NCBI RefSeq assembly: GCF_963921235.1
Contig: NC_086108.1
Coordinates: forward strand, 99,574,001 to 99,638,000
Direction: 5' to 3'
Length of the DNA: 64,000 nucleotides
Source of the DNA: Mobula hypostoma
Lineage: Eukaryota
Position numbers and translations under genes: made by a program. The notes beneath the pieces are model-generated. The model did no database searches. It saw only the letters and a list, made by a program, of their open reading frames with translations, and had not been told where the DNA came from. This document shows positions 63,171-64,000 of this stretch, in pieces; within the stretch, counting starts at the first letter, position 1, and every line of letters starts with the position of its first letter.

Positions 63171-63414
63171 CATTTCTTCTCAATTTTAATGTCTGTTTTG
63201 GTTTGGAGGTTGGTGTGGTTATTGGTTTCTGATAAAGGTTACACCAATGGGAAAGAGAACCTGAGAGCCACCTTAGACAGCGTAGTCCATGAGAATCATA
63301 AATCTGATTTTGCCAGGTCCATGGGTTGGCACCTGGCTGGTAAGGTTGGTAGATCCATATGCTGCAAAGGCTTAGCACTCACACTTTATTGGTCAGAATG
63401 CATAAGCGAACTCC

Positions 63415-63550
63415 TGGACTTGAAGAAGGATCTTGGCCCAAAAAGATCGACTATTTTGTGCTTTCCATAGATGCTGCCTGCCCTGCTGATCTCCTCCAGC
63501 ATTTTGTATATGCTGCTTCGGACTTCCTTGTGAAATCAGATTCTTGTCTC
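63415..63550 (+). mobile_element. Decayed Penelope pLTR
   Basis: ttgaagaaggatcttggcccaaaaagatcgact...ccatagatgctgcctg...tcctccagcattttgt. Confidence 0.7.
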
Positions 63551-63707
63551 TGAACTTATAAATAATAAAATACCAGCAGAACGCCATAATATCTCACAAA
63601 AAATCCTGTCATAGAAATTCAGTTCATCGCCATCTGTTCACAGGAAGGCTTGTAAACATAGAACATTCAATTGTTAATCTGTTTCTTACCTTACAATATT
63701 TAATTTG

Positions 63708-64000
63708 TAGAAACATGGAAACATAGAAAACATACAGTACAATACAGGTTCTTCGGCCCACAAAGCTGTGCGGAACACATTCTTACCTTCGAACTACCTA
63801 GGCTTACCCATAGCTCTCTATTTTTCTGAGCTCCATGTATCCATCCAGGAGTCTCTTAGAAGACCCTATCATTTCCGCCTCCACCACCGCCGCCAGCAGC
63901 CCCTTCCACACACTCACCACTCTCTGTATAAAAAACTTACCCTGGCATCTTCTCTGTACCAACTTCTAAGAACCTTAAAACTATGCCCTCTTGTGCGAGC
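63708..64000 (-). mobile_element. CR1 3' end running off the window
   Basis: Colinear with 52547-52830. Confidence 0.85.

Overview
Eukaryotic, AT-rich, CpG-depleted vertebrate DNA made mostly of transposon fragments. The repeat mix (HER1-like CR1 LINEs, V-domain SINEs of the HE1 type, Rex1/Babar, Penelope, RTE, L1, Tc1) suggests a cartilaginous fish, probably a ray (inference). I found no intact host protein-coding gene. Nearly all long ORFs are broken retrotransposon or transposase frames or their antisense shadows, so the window is probably intronic or intergenic. Highlights: (1) more than ten copies of a ~150-bp Penelope pseudo-LTR whose consensus is a minimal type I hammerhead ribozyme, including fold-back mini-elements with a target-site duplication (TSD); (2) a decayed ~20-bp-period CCAGCAG array with CTCF-like units; (3) a CORE-SINE sharing its 3' tail with an RTE LINE in the same window; (4) a ~690-bp non-coding retroposon with a YY1-type 5' end and a compensatory change in its 3' hairpin; (5) multi-level nested insertions; (6) a few unique segments that may be exons or enhancers. 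Most repeat boundaries are approximate (tens of bp) and family names come from motif recognition, not database searches.
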